From positions 15,112-79,111 of the forward strand of contig CAKKRP010000063.1 of NCBI GenBank assembly GCA_919902765.1: a stretch of 64,000 nucleotides of DNA. Direction: 5' to 3'. The first letter of the stretch is position 1. Every line of letters starts with the position of its first letter. The notes under the pieces were generated by a model. That model was given only the letters and a program-made list of their open reading frames with translations. It was not told the origin of the DNA and ran no database searches. Of this stretch, positions 27,791-37,673 are shown in pieces. The position numbers were made by a program, and so were the translations under genes. Source of the stretch: Gammaproteobacteria bacterium. GTDB taxonomy: Bacteria; Pseudomonadota; Gammaproteobacteria; S012-40.

Positions 27791-30547
27791 CTATTCGGCT
27801 TTGCGCGCTGAATTTTGAGCGCGTACCCGCGCCACGCCCCAGATGCCGCACAGCAATATCAATACAAACACTTCATAACCCCATGCCCCGGACGCGGTGG
27901 ATGGAGCGCGTACGGGGTCGGCCGCCACGCCTGCAATGGTGATCGGAAGATAAAATTCATCATATCCCGCCGCGCTTAAACGCAACGAGGTATCGGTGGC
28001 CACCCCATTGAAATTATCCAAGATAACGGCAAAATTCTGCGCCTTATCCCAATTCGAGGCATTGAATTGTAAGGTGTTTGCACCGCTGATTTTTACCACA
28101 CTGCCCATAATTAAGGCCGAAACATTGAGCGTACCCACCGGCGGTTGCGCCAATGCAACGGAGAATGTCGCAGTATTTTTTCCACCGCCTAATTTCAGCA
28201 TATGATCGCTCAGCACCAATTTGCGCGTAAAATAATTGAGCGGTTCCAATGGCCCCATGACTGCCGACGCGTAATTTTTGTCGCCCGCAGACCCACCCAA
28301 TTGCGAACGGCTATTATTGCCCCAGCCATATAACGTCCCATCCGCCACTAAGGCCAAACTGAAGTCATCGCCTGCGGCAATCGCAACGACGCTGACCAAT
28401 TGTTCATCCGCACTCACCATGACCGCTTGTGGTATCGACCGCGTAAGATTGGTACCATCGCCCAACTGCCCAAAGGTATTCTCACCCCAGGCCACAACCG
28501 TCCCGTTTGCCAACAAGGCGATACTATGCGCCCCACCGGCGGCCACCGCGACGACGGTCGTCAGGTTATAGCCCTGATCATCGATCACCGGTGCAGGTTG
28601 AGTCTTAAACATCTCCGACGCCGTGCTACGTATGACACCTAATTGACCTTTATCATTGGCCCCCCACGCCATCACCGAGGTGTTGTCCAATAAGGCGAGC
28701 GCATGCGACCAGCCCGCTGAAATAGCAACTACGCTACCCAAACTTCCTCCGCCGACCACGCCGGGTTCGGCCCTCGCTTGGGTCGATGCATCGCCCAACT
28801 GCCCCAAGTTATTGGCCCCAAAGGCTTGTACAGTGCCATCGCTCATCCGCGCTAGGCTAAACGACGCGCCCGCCGCCACACCGGCCACGCGAATTTTAAA
28901 GCCGAACACTTGCTGGGCCGCATTGTAGCCGCTCAGTGAGCCGTCACCCAATTGGCCCGCCGCGTTATCTCCCCAACTATAGAGTTTGCCATCTAGGGTA
29001 TACGCCAGGGCATGCGTAACACCATTGACGACGCCACCGACATTGCATAATTCATCGGCAATACAGTTATTGTCGCCCGGCAAGGGCTCGTACATGACGG
29101 CCCGTGGTGTACCGTCATTGATTTTGTTACTGGCGGATCCCAACTGCCCTTGGGCATTTGCGCCCCAACTGTATACCTTGGCAAGCTTGATAGCCTTGGC
29201 ATCCGTGGTCTCCGTTGTCTCTGCAGTGGCCGCGCTGAATGCAAACCCCGCCGACACCTGGGTCACGCCCTCTATGGGCTTGCCATCGGCCGCCAGCACC
29301 TCCCCCACCCACCAAGTCTGCGCATTGCTGCCCAACTGGCCGAAGCTATTGTCTCCCCACGCGGTGATGCTATTATCGGAGCGCACTAATAACGCGTGCG
29401 AGCCGCCGGCCGCCAATCGCCCGACCGTTTGTTCGCGTGTCAGCCCTGTAGTTCCGCCGCAATCACCCGTCTTAAACGGAATCAATACGCTAGCGACATC
29501 TCCGAATTCCGTACGTGCGAGAAATGTCACCTCGTATTGAAGCGCGCAATCTAGCGTACCGACGTGATAAACAACGCGTTGCGCAACCGTTTCCGCGCCC
29601 GCCACGACGGTGATATTTTTGGGTGCGGCTATCCACACTAAATCACCCGCCTTGCGGTATTCAAACGAGGTGCTGACGCTGGAATAATTGGGCACGACCA
29701 TAGCCGTGAACAGGGCCGAATTTGCAGTAATGCGTTGTATATTTGCTGCGCTAAAGGTCACAACCGGCGGCGGCGGACAAGGTTTAGTCGTAAATTGAAA
29801 CCCACCTCCGTTCACATCGGCCTTACCAGGAATTTTTACCACCGTGCGCGCGCCTAGGGTTGTGTTACAAGTCAACCCCGCCACCGGCACATTGATATTT
29901 TTCACACCCACACCGGCCTCAACTACGATGTCAGGTGTTTTACTTGAATTTATGAAGATCCCCGTATTACCAACCGTACCATACTCGACATAGAGGGTCG
30001 CGGCCAAACCATATAAGTTGATCGTCGATGAAAACGAGAAATCACGCACACCTACGCTGGCAAGCCGTTCATCGACAACGGTCACCGCAGTACAAGGCGG
30101 TGTAGTAAACTCTAAATATTGCCCAGCAGAAACTTGTCCGGTGCTATCCACCGTACCGATCAGACGAAACGTATAAGTTGTGCCACACAATAAGTCAAAA
30201 ACTTTATCCAATACATCCGGTTTACTAACGTTATTCCCGGCAAATATTATATCCTGCGTAAAGCGCCGAGGTGCGGTATCCCCTTTCACGCCATATTCAA
30301 AACGATGAATGACGGTAACACCACGTATATCGCCAGTCAGTGTAAGATTGCCATTCACATTAATAAAGCCCTGCAATACCGCGCCATATCGCGCCAACGC
30401 GGCGTCCGTCAGTACAATATCCGTGGCATCATTGGTCACCACCAATTCGCCAGTATTGAGCGCCGCCCAATTCAGCCCGGCAACCACCAAACCGAATACT
30501 GTGTAAAAAAGACGGTTTCTTACCACGACCCCAACTCCCCTCATCAT
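27791..30547 (-). CDS. Large membrane-anchored or secreted RCC1-repeat (7-bladed beta-propeller) protein with three N-terminal Cys-bracketed Ig/FN3-like modules
   Basis: 918 aa with an N-terminal hydrophobic signal or anchor. Three ~100-aa modules end in FTTPPC, FTTKPC and FKTGDC. Seven xWGxNxxGQLG repeats follow (AWGDNSFGQLG ... GWGNNSRSQLG). The C-terminus has a hydrophobic helix followed by a basic tail (VFVLILLCGIWGVARVRAQNSARKAE). Confidence 0.75.
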   Translation of the reverse strand: MMRGVGVVVRNRLFYTVFGLVVAGLNWAALNTGELVVTNDATDIVLTDAALARYGAVLQGFINVNGNLTLTGDIRGVTVIHRFEYGVKGDTAPRRFTQDIIFAGNNVSKPDVLDKVFDLLCGTTYTFRLIGTVDSTGQVSAGQYLEFTTPPCTAVTVVDERLASVGVRDFSFSSTINLYGLAATLYVEYGTVGNTGIFINSSKTPDIVVEAGVGVKNINVPVAGLTCNTTLGARTVVKIPGKADVNGGGFQFTTKPCPPPPVVTFSAANIQRITANSALFTAMVVPNYSSVSTSFEYRKAGDLVWIAAPKNITVVAGAETVAQRVVYHVGTLDCALQYEVTFLARTEFGDVASVLIPFKTGDCGGTTGLTREQTVGRLAAGGSHALLVRSDNSITAWGDNSFGQLGSNAQTWWVGEVLAADGKPIEGVTQVSAGFAFSAATAETTETTDAKAIKLAKVYSWGANAQGQLGSASNKINDGTPRAVMYEPLPGDNNCIADELCNVGGVVNGVTHALAYTLDGKLYSWGDNAAGQLGDGSLSGYNAAQQVFGFKIRVAGVAAGASFSLARMSDGTVQAFGANNLGQLGDASTQARAEPGVVGGGSLGSVVAISAGWSHALALLDNTSVMAWGANDKGQLGVIRSTASEMFKTQPAPVIDDQGYNLTTVVAVAAGGAHSIALLANGTVVAWGENTFGQLGDGTNLTRSIPQAVMVSADEQLVSVVAIAAGDDFSLALVADGTLYGWGNNSRSQLGGSAGDKNYASAVMGPLEPLNYFTRKLVLSDHMLKLGGGKNTATFSVALAQPPVGTLNVSALIMGSVVKISGANTLQFNASNWDKAQNFAVILDNFNGVATDTSLRLSAAGYDEFYLPITIAGVAADPVRAPSTASGAWGYEVFVLILLCGIWGVARVRAQNSARKAE

Positions 30548-30676
30548 TCTTTTACCCTTTTAACAGGGTCTCTTTTAGGATTGCTTAACAACCGAATAAA
30601 TTTTACACATTACCGGCCAGCACGTTGATTTAATAAGAAAACTTGCTATTACCACATTGCTACCGCACGCTTGTAG

Positions 30677-31357
30677 CTAGATTTTATCCACCCTTAGCAA
30701 CTGCGCATTTTCGGCCCACCCGATAACTTCCTTCTCCAGCAAGGCCGCCTCACACCACTCACGCATCGCGTCCAACGCGAGCACATGTTCCACATAGGCC
30801 TGCGCCAGCGCGTTTAGCGGCACATTATAGCGGTCGAAACGCAAACACACGGGCACGTACATCGCATCCGCGATGCTGAATTCACCAAACAACCATGGCC
30901 CGGCCGATGCAAATTGAGTGCGGCAGGTTTCCCATAGGGTCAAGATGCGGGCAATTTCTCGTTCTACATCACTGTTGATATATTGCCATTGAAAACGCGC
31001 GCGTACGTTCATCGACAAATGTTTACGCACATTGGCAAAACCGGAGTGCATTTCCGCGCTCACGGCGCGGGCATGCGCGCGCGCCTGGCGATCTTGCGGC
31101 CACGCTTTTCCGTCAAGATAGGTTTCAGACAAATACTCACATATCGCCAGCGTGTCCCACACCGTGATATCGCCATCAACCAACGCGGGCACTAACCCGG
31201 ACGGCGAATAACGCGCAATTTTTTCTGTGGAACCTACGCAATACAATGGAATGCGAACTTCTTCAAAGGGCAATTTATAATATTTCATAAATAGCCATGG
31301 ACGCAGTGACCACGACGAGTAATTTTTGTTGCCGATAATCAACTGCCGTTTGTTCAT
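30677..31357 (-). CDS. Glutathione S-transferase family protein
   Basis: 226 aa with a thioredoxin-like N-domain (IGNKNYSSWSLRPW) and a helical C-domain. Confidence 0.75.
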   Translation of the reverse strand: MNKRQLIIGNKNYSSWSLRPWLFMKYYKLPFEEVRIPLYCVGSTEKIARYSPSGLVPALVDGDITVWDTLAICEYLSETYLDGKAWPQDRQARAHARAVSAEMHSGFANVRKHLSMNVRARFQWQYINSDVEREIARILTLWETCRTQFASAGPWLFGEFSIADAMYVPVCLRFDRYNVPLNALAQAYVEHVLALDAMREWCEAALLEKEVIGWAENAQLLRVDKI

Positions 31358-31590
31358 GGATACTCCCCGGGAATTTTCACCCTGTTACTCTAAACTCTAG
31401 ATCATAAACTAATATTTTATAAATGCGAATTAAATATAGCGGGAGGTTGATATTTGCCGCGTAGATCTTCCCATTATTTGCTGTAAGTCAAAAATAATCC
31501 ATATATAACAACATGGTATGGTATGGCCTGAATCTTGATATAAGAACCGCTAGGTGCGTACTGCAAACGCGACGCTATGAGCAACTCAAT

Positions 31591-32190
31591 ATGTTATATC
31601 CTACTTTTCTGACCCGCCCTGCGACACACGTCGATGCCCACCACATCGTGCAACTCTTGAGTGTGTTATACAGCGAAACAGAATACCTCCCGCATGCCCC
31701 CGGCGATGTGATCGCCTCTCCGCAGCAACTGGCGGTGCGTATAGAGGCGGGCAACAGAACCGGCGGCGCCCCGGTATTCGTTGCCGAAGTTAAAGGCGAA
31801 TTAGTCGGTGTAGTATTTGGAAGTCGCGGCATGACAGCGCGCACGCGTCACATCATGCACGTCGTTATCGGCGTGTTACAAGCCCACTGCGGGCTAGGCA
31901 TAGGTCACGCCCTGATGCGGGACTTGGAAACGTCGGCCGCCATGCATCACCTACATCGTTTGGAATTGGCGGTACACAGCGACAATCAGCGCGCTATCGC
32001 ACTATATAAACATTTAGGATACGTCATCGAAGGCAAAAAACTACAATCGGTGTGCATACGCGATAAATACGTCGATGAACTAATACTTTCCAAGCTGCTG
32101 AATATCACCGAGACGGCCGTATCCGTGTCGGAGCGCACGCACGCGGCGATAACCCAAATGCGCGCCTCGCGCCAGAAAAAAACCGCATAA
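31591..32190 (+). CDS. GNAT family N-acetyltransferase
   Basis: Acetyl-CoA-binding motif region (VLQAHCGLGIGHALM ... AIALYKHLGY). The start is chosen at ATG 31591; the 26-codon upstream extension looks non-coding. Confidence 0.7.
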   Translation: MLYPTFLTRPATHVDAHHIVQLLSVLYSETEYLPHAPGDVIASPQQLAVRIEAGNRTGGAPVFVAEVKGELVGVVFGSRGMTARTRHIMHVVIGVLQAHCGLGIGHALMRDLETSAAMHHLHRLELAVHSDNQRAIALYKHLGYVIEGKKLQSVCIRDKYVDELILSKLLNITETAVSVSERTHAAITQMRASRQKKTA

Positions 32191-32199
32191 TAATTTGAA

Positions 32200-33357
32200 T
32201 TATTCCAGCGCCGACATTTGCAAGGTGGAAATATTTTCTCCTGCCAATTGTCGCCGCACTACCGATACATCGTCCGCGTGCAATGCGAAAGGAAATGAAC
32301 GGATATCGGACACGCTGGAATCGCCATAGGGTCTGTTGCAAGCGGAAACTTCATTATCCGCTTTTCCTGGACAACCTGAGGTCTGAAACGGTTTGCCGGA
32401 TTCGATCAGACTTGCGAGTTCGCCGGCCGCCACGCCGAAATCCACCACCTGCCCCGCCTCGTTAAACTGCATATCGCGCAGATCTCCACCCGCATAATCG
32501 ATAATAAAGCGCGCCAATTGCACGCGCCGCCAATGCGCCTGCGGCGCCGGCGACCAATCCTCCATCATCGAACCACGTTCCGGAAAAAACGCAAACATAT
32601 GATTATGACCGCCCAGATCGCGTATATGTTGCGCGACCTCCAAAATTTCTCGTTCTGTTTCGCCTAAACCGCAAATCAAATGCGCCCCGAATTTTTCCGG
32701 GCCGAAAATCTCTGCCGCCCATTCGATGGCCTGCCAATATTTTTCCCACGTATGCGGGCTGGCCACCGTTTTGCCTCGTGTACGTTCAAAGATCGCCGGT
32801 GTTACCGCATCCAATGCGACTGTAAAAATATCCGCGCCTAAATCGCGCAACACCACCAAATCTTGATAATCCATCGTCGTCGGATTCGACAAAATCGACA
32901 CCGGAATATGCGGTAATTCACCCATCCATTGGCGTAATAACACTACCGTGTCCGCATCCGAGTCGGGGTGGGTGATCATTGAAATACACATCCGTTCTAT
33001 CGCGCCGCGATCAGCGCCTTGTTTAACACGCGCTATGAGTTCGTCATACCTCACCGTGGGCCAATCTACCCGTATGAAATTTCTATCGGCATAATCGCGC
33101 GATTCCTCGCGGTGCCTCGCCAAACCGCAATAGCTGCAATTCGCCCTACATCCTTCCGGATACGTCACCAGCAAATTCAAACAATGCGTACACGAGGTAC
33201 GATACATCTGCCCTTGAATCAAACCCACCGTCGCTGCCGCTGCGGTCGATAATTGAACATATTCCGGCGAACGCAGGTTGGGTGTTTTTGCCATATGAGT
33301 GGGGCGATAAAACGCCACGGGCACCGCATCTGCGGCGGCCGTATTATTCAATTTCAC
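32200..33357 (-). CDS. Radical SAM enzyme, LipS1/LipS2-type candidate lipoyl-synthase component
   Basis: 385 aa with the CX3CX2C motif CRANCSYCG. It is the last gene of the LbpA maturation cluster and overlaps the upstream reductase gene by 14 nt. Confidence 0.7.
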   Translation of the reverse strand: MKLNNTAAADAVPVAFYRPTHMAKTPNLRSPEYVQLSTAAAATVGLIQGQMYRTSCTHCLNLLVTYPEGCRANCSYCGLARHREESRDYADRNFIRVDWPTVRYDELIARVKQGADRGAIERMCISMITHPDSDADTVVLLRQWMGELPHIPVSILSNPTTMDYQDLVVLRDLGADIFTVALDAVTPAIFERTRGKTVASPHTWEKYWQAIEWAAEIFGPEKFGAHLICGLGETEREILEVAQHIRDLGGHNHMFAFFPERGSMMEDWSPAPQAHWRRVQLARFIIDYAGGDLRDMQFNEAGQVVDFGVAAGELASLIESGKPFQTSGCPGKADNEVSACNRPYGDSSVSDIRSFPFALHADDVSVVRRQLAGENISTLQMSALE

Positions 33358-34414
33358 GATTCGATTCCCCGTAATATTCGTTAAACCCTACCCAAGCATG
33401 CCTCAGCAGCGCGTCCTGACGCGCCGGATTACCCCCGGCCTCTAATAATTTCCGACGCTGCAACGCGCGCGCAAAGCTGCCCGCATATTGGTCGCGCATA
33501 TCTTCCGCATAATCCTCAAGCGCATGCGAATTGCCTTGTAAAAATTCACTCGCGGCCTCGCCTGCACGTTCACCCGAGATTATTGCCGAGGAAATTCCTG
33601 CTCCGGTAATAGGATGGGTTAGGCCTGCGGCATCGCCTACAAACAGGGTATCGTTCATCACCAGTGTCGGGCGCAAACCACCCACCGGAATCAACCCGCC
33701 CGTGCGCGCTAAAATATGCGCACCTACCCTGCCCTCGTCGATTAAACGCGCATGCAGAAGATCCAACATCTGCTTAGCGTATATGCGTTTGCTGGCGCCC
33801 ACCCCCAGCCCGAGATTCGCCGTATCAATTTTAGGAAACAACCAAGCATAGCCCCCACGATAATCCCGCTCCAACCAAATATCCGTCGCAGCATGCGTCT
33901 GCAACAATGGAACGCGATATTGTCGTGCATGGACGCAGTTTAACGCTTGCATGCCCAACGCATGCGCAATACGCGATACGGGGCCGTCCGCCGCGACGAG
34001 TACACGGTAATAAATGTCTAATGATTGTGCGGCGACATTTACCGTAGCGCACTTGGTCTGGGAGTTTAATTTGATCAAATGATGCCCGGTTAAAATCTGC
34101 GCCCCCGCTGTCCGCGCGCGCGCGACAAGCGCTTGATCAAAGGCCGCTCGATCTAGCATCAGCCCGCTAAATTTCGTCGCCGTGTGGATGCCGGAGGGTA
34201 AATAATTGTGCATCTTGTCAACGCGTTGCACACGTATGGGCGCCGCGTGAGCATACGCGCTCATCGTCAACGGAATAAATTCAGCGCATTGCACCGGTAC
34301 GCCTACGACTTTTTTTTTATCAAGCGCTACCACTTGCAGGCCGTTCCGCGCCGCGCTATATGCCGCCGCGCTGCCCGCTGGCCCCAGACCGCAAATCAAT
34401 ACATCGGTATGCAT
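33344..34414 (-). CDS. FAD-dependent oxidoreductase, geranylgeranyl-reductase-like
   Basis: 356 aa with an N-terminal dinucleotide fold (VLICGLGPAGSAAAYSAARNG) and a GD motif (FVGDAAG). Confidence 0.75.
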   Translation of the reverse strand: MHTDVLICGLGPAGSAAAYSAARNGLQVVALDKKKVVGVPVQCAEFIPLTMSAYAHAAPIRVQRVDKMHNYLPSGIHTATKFSGLMLDRAAFDQALVARARTAGAQILTGHHLIKLNSQTKCATVNVAAQSLDIYYRVLVAADGPVSRIAHALGMQALNCVHARQYRVPLLQTHAATDIWLERDYRGGYAWLFPKIDTANLGLGVGASKRIYAKQMLDLLHARLIDEGRVGAHILARTGGLIPVGGLRPTLVMNDTLFVGDAAGLTHPITGAGISSAIISGERAGEAASEFLQGNSHALEDYAEDMRDQYAGSFARALQRRKLLEAGGNPARQDALLRHAWVGFNEYYGESNREIE

Positions 34415-34435
34415 AGCGACACAACCAACGCAAAC

Positions 34436-35533
34436 TTAGGCGCTGATCACAGGCACACTGAATTCCGCCGTGGCCAATGCAGTCTCAATCGCGGTGATAA
34501 AATCATGCCGCGTCAGCATCAACATTTCAGCCGGATACGCATCGAAAAAACGCTGTACATTTGCATACAATTGCGCCGCTGGAGTATCCTTTAACGCAGC
34601 TTCGAGGTCGACCACCATACGCCGCGGATTTACGAAAAAATCACCGATGATCCATACTTGTTTAATATGATTGCGTAAGATATCCACCGCCACCGCTACT
34701 CGCATTAACCCGCCTTGACACTTATAGAGACTGGTCAGGATCGGCGCTTCGCTACGCGGTCGCTGTACCCTATGCACCCATTGCGGCGTATCCATCGTCT
34801 GCAACGCGTGGTGAAATTTTGCGACTTCAATATCGTTCAAATCGACGGCCTCATCAAACGACACATTAAACGCGCTCGCGAATGCGCGGGTCAGCGCCGA
34901 CTTTACACTCAAAAAGTCGGGGGCTACGCCTAATAAATCCTTCAAATTAACCACGCGCTCGCGCGCCGACGCGATCGCCTTGCCGGTGAGTTTTTCCGCA
35001 GCGACCCGCAATACACGCAACATGCGTTCGACATCGAATTCCACCAACAACGTACCCTGGTACAAAATAGAATCACCGTCCGACGCGCCACCCGTACCGG
35101 AGATCTTACGACCCTGGACTTCAATGTCATTACGCGGACGGAATTGCGCATCGACGCCCAACTGCCGTATGCCTGCGGCAGCCGCTTCGCAAATGCGTCG
35201 CGCGATCTGCCCCATGTCGGCGGTGCCTAAGGTTTGCTTATCTACATATAACTCCCAGCCGATTTGCGCTTGATCAAAATAAATCGCGCCGCCGCCGGTA
35301 ATGCGGCGTTGAATTTCAATACCATGTTGGCGACAATAATCGAGATCTAATTCTTGTTCCGCGCTTTGGTGATAGCCCAATAACGCGCTAGGCAAAAATT
35401 GTAGAAACCGCAAGGTATGGGGTGTGGTCCCCTCCTGGTGGGCCTCCAATATGGCGTGATTGATTGCCATATTTTCCGCCGCGCGGCGTAATCCAGTATC
35501 AATGACGCGCCAAGTACGCATATTTTCGCTCAT
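34436..35533 (-). CDS. Lipoate-protein ligase, LplA-like, single polypeptide with a C-terminal accessory domain (sLpl(AB)-type)
   Basis: 365 aa with an LplA-like N-terminus (WRVIDTGLRRAAENMAINHAILEAH...TLRFLQF) and a later KISGTG motif. Confidence 0.8.
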   Translation of the reverse strand: MSENMRTWRVIDTGLRRAAENMAINHAILEAHQEGTTPHTLRFLQFLPSALLGYHQSAEQELDLDYCRQHGIEIQRRITGGGAIYFDQAQIGWELYVDKQTLGTADMGQIARRICEAAAAGIRQLGVDAQFRPRNDIEVQGRKISGTGGASDGDSILYQGTLLVEFDVERMLRVLRVAAEKLTGKAIASARERVVNLKDLLGVAPDFLSVKSALTRAFASAFNVSFDEAVDLNDIEVAKFHHALQTMDTPQWVHRVQRPRSEAPILTSLYKCQGGLMRVAVAVDILRNHIKQVWIIGDFFVNPRRMVVDLEAALKDTPAAQLYANVQRFFDAYPAEMLMLTRHDFITAIETALATAEFSVPVISA

Positions 35534-35583
35534 ATCCTTCCCTTATTAGTCAAGGCCTTCCCACTGCGCATTTTTCACGCCCA

Positions 35584-36699
35584 TCATTCCATTACGATTT
35601 TAATCTCTTTAAGTCGGCCCAGTCTACCCTGCGTAGACAACAAGGCGTCCACCTCCAATTGTAGACCAACTTCAGCGCCATCCACTATCGAACAACACGT
35701 AGGCGTCACACGCACGTGCCGCCCTAGCCGCATCGCCAATTCGACCACCCCTTCCGATGGATGCGCGACACCATCCAGACCCGCCATCACTGCGTAGGCG
35801 TCGATCTGCGCCTTAACGATGCCCGCTGGCCTGGCACACCCCAAGAGCAGCGGAATTTGCGGCAAGCGCATCCGCGCCAAGCGGAAAAACGCGGCAATTT
35901 CTGTAATATTCGGTATGCGATATGGCCGTTTAGGATTGGCGTAATAAGGCATGGCCACCACTAACACTAACGCTGAGGGGAGATGACGGCGCACGATTTC
36001 CAGCGCCTCAGGCTCACCTAAAAACTCCCCGTAATGCAAGCCCAATACAATATGCGGCACCACACGCATACGCGTCATCAATAAATTTTCTAACGTACGC
36101 TCAAAATCTTCCACGCCACGCCGCAGATGATACACTTGTGTGATGGTTTGTTGCGCGCCGATCACATCTAACATCGCGACATCGACCCCGGCGTCTTGCA
36201 TGGCGCGCGCGCTATCGGCATCCATCAACGCGGTATGCGCGGCAATCCGAAACATTGGGAAGGCGTCTTTGATACGCCGCACAGTGTGATAAAACGGCGC
36301 ATATTCCACTTCGTTGCGATGATTAGATCCGCCGGTAAGCAACATGCCTTGCGCCCCGTGCGCGATCTGCTCATTAACGACGCGCCATAAGTCGGCCGGG
36401 GTCGGCGCGGCATGCATAGGTTCCAAGATTTTGGCCTTGCAATGGTCGCATTGTAGTTTGCACCGGCCACCCGTAATGGAAATCGCGGGCCACGCATGTT
36501 TATTACACGCGGCGATCTCTGCGGTATGAAAATGTTTGAACGTCGGTGTATGAAACTGAATCGGTCGATTACTGTGCGTAGCGCGCGCTTGCGTTTGTAA
36601 AATATTTACTACATCGAGATCGAAGGGTATATCTTCCAAGCCCTCAATGCGCGCCAAAATTTCGTGCCAACGCATAGACGCGTCATGTTGTGCATACAT
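35584..36699 (-). CDS. Radical SAM enzyme, second LipS1/LipS2-type candidate
   Basis: 371 aa with the CX3CX2C motif CKLQCDHCK. It lies directly downstream of the GcvH-like gene. Confidence 0.68.
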   Translation of the reverse strand: MYAQHDASMRWHEILARIEGLEDIPFDLDVVNILQTQARATHSNRPIQFHTPTFKHFHTAEIAACNKHAWPAISITGGRCKLQCDHCKAKILEPMHAAPTPADLWRVVNEQIAHGAQGMLLTGGSNHRNEVEYAPFYHTVRRIKDAFPMFRIAAHTALMDADSARAMQDAGVDVAMLDVIGAQQTITQVYHLRRGVEDFERTLENLLMTRMRVVPHIVLGLHYGEFLGEPEALEIVRRHLPSALVLVVAMPYYANPKRPYRIPNITEIAAFFRLARMRLPQIPLLLGCARPAGIVKAQIDAYAVMAGLDGVAHPSEGVVELAMRLGRHVRVTPTCCSIVDGAEVGLQLEVDALLSTQGRLGRLKEIKIVME

Positions 36700-36711
36700 A
36701 CGCGCATACCT

Positions 36712-37149
36712 TTAGCACCCGCCAAAACCTTCGGCATCCATTTTGGCTTTGAACGCCACACTCGCCGCCGCACCGGTAACCAAATCACGCGCATCCGCCG
36801 CCCAATCGAAGGGTCTGATTTTCACTAACCACCCTGCGCCATACGGATCGTCGTTGATTAAACCGGGCGTAGAGGCTAGCACATCGTTGATCGCCACCAC
36901 CAAGCCTGCTACCGGCGATTTGGCCGGCCCTACCCATTTGCCGGATTCCACTGTCGCGCAAGATTTATTTTTGGCGACATCTTTACCCGCCTTTTTCGGC
37001 GTATACGCCACCAGTTGCCCCGACAGCGAACATGCATAGGAAGTCATGCCGACGGTGATGCTGCCATCGTCCTCACGGCGCGCCCACACATTATTTTCAA
37101 CGCTAAAATACAAGTCGTCTGGAAATTCGCAACCATTTACGCACCCCAT
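36712..37149 (-). CDS. GcvH-like lipoate-binding protein (LbpA-type)
   Basis: 145 aa with the GcvH fold signature: lipoyl-lysine context CATVESGKWVGPAKSPVAG and ...NDDPYGAGWLVK. No gcvT or gcvP is nearby. Confidence 0.85.
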   Translation of the reverse strand: MGCVNGCEFPDDLYFSVENNVWARREDDGSITVGMTSYACSLSGQLVAYTPKKAGKDVAKNKSCATVESGKWVGPAKSPVAGLVVAINDVLASTPGLINDDPYGAGWLVKIRPFDWAADARDLVTGAAASVAFKAKMDAEGFGGC

Positions 37150-37170
37150 ACCAGACTCCCTGTGGCGACT

Positions 37171-37560
37171 CTAAAAAGATAGCACTTTACCACAACTCAG
37201 TATCATGTCGGCGAAGGCCCCTCCACCCACTACGTCGTCGATCTCGGCAATTAAATCCAGTTTAGGATCGATTTCATAACCCGGCAAGGCGGGCGAGCAG
37301 ACATAGATACGCACTCCGGCGTGTTTGGCATCGCGTATAAAGTCGATGATTTTTTTGCCACCGTCCATGGCTACCAAATTTTCCGCCACACCCCGTTGCG
37401 CCAAGCGTACGCCTTCCATGGTTAGAAACAGCCGCACATCGGCATCCATCGCCGCCATCACCGTGGCCAAGAAAAACGGCGTCGCGCAGCGAGATGCCGT
37501 ATTCGGACCGCTGGTTACGACGATTAATACCGCCTTCTCATCACAGGGAGGAACAGCCAT
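37171..37560 (-). CDS. DsrE family sulfurtransferase-like protein
   Basis: 129 aa with a DsrE/TusD-like fold pattern (VLIVVTSGP...RCATPFF..., IYVCSPAL). Confidence 0.68.
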   Translation of the reverse strand: MAVPPCDEKAVLIVVTSGPNTASRCATPFFLATVMAAMDADVRLFLTMEGVRLAQRGVAENLVAMDGGKKIIDFIRDAKHAGVRIYVCSPALPGYEIDPKLDLIAEIDDVVGGGAFADMILSCGKVLSF

Positions 37561-37628
37561 AATTTTATCATGTAACGAAAAGATGATTCCACACGACTGT
37601 ATTATTCATTCGTTGCGGAAACTACCGC

Positions 37629-37659
37629 AAAAGCTGCGCGGTCAGGCCGCGCATCTTTT
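37629..37659 (-). terminator. Hairpin (terminator or attenuator-like) between the two DsrE-family genes
   Basis: aaaagctgcgcgg-tcagg-ccgcgcatctttt forms a 13-bp stem with 1 mismatch, flanked by A and T runs on both sides. It sits 15 nt past the stop of the 154-aa gene. Confidence 0.45.
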
Positions 37660-37673
37660 GCTTCGAACACTCT

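Noticed and set aside
27996-29540. Many plus-strand ORFs (up to 184 aa) inside the RCC1 gene, and similar antisense ORFs inside fliD, the flagellins, flgK, chpA and pilJ
   Set aside because: These are typical shadow ORFs opposite long, GC- or repeat-biased genes. Their translations are Ala/Pro/Arg-rich nonsense, and the sense-strand products have clear domain signatures.
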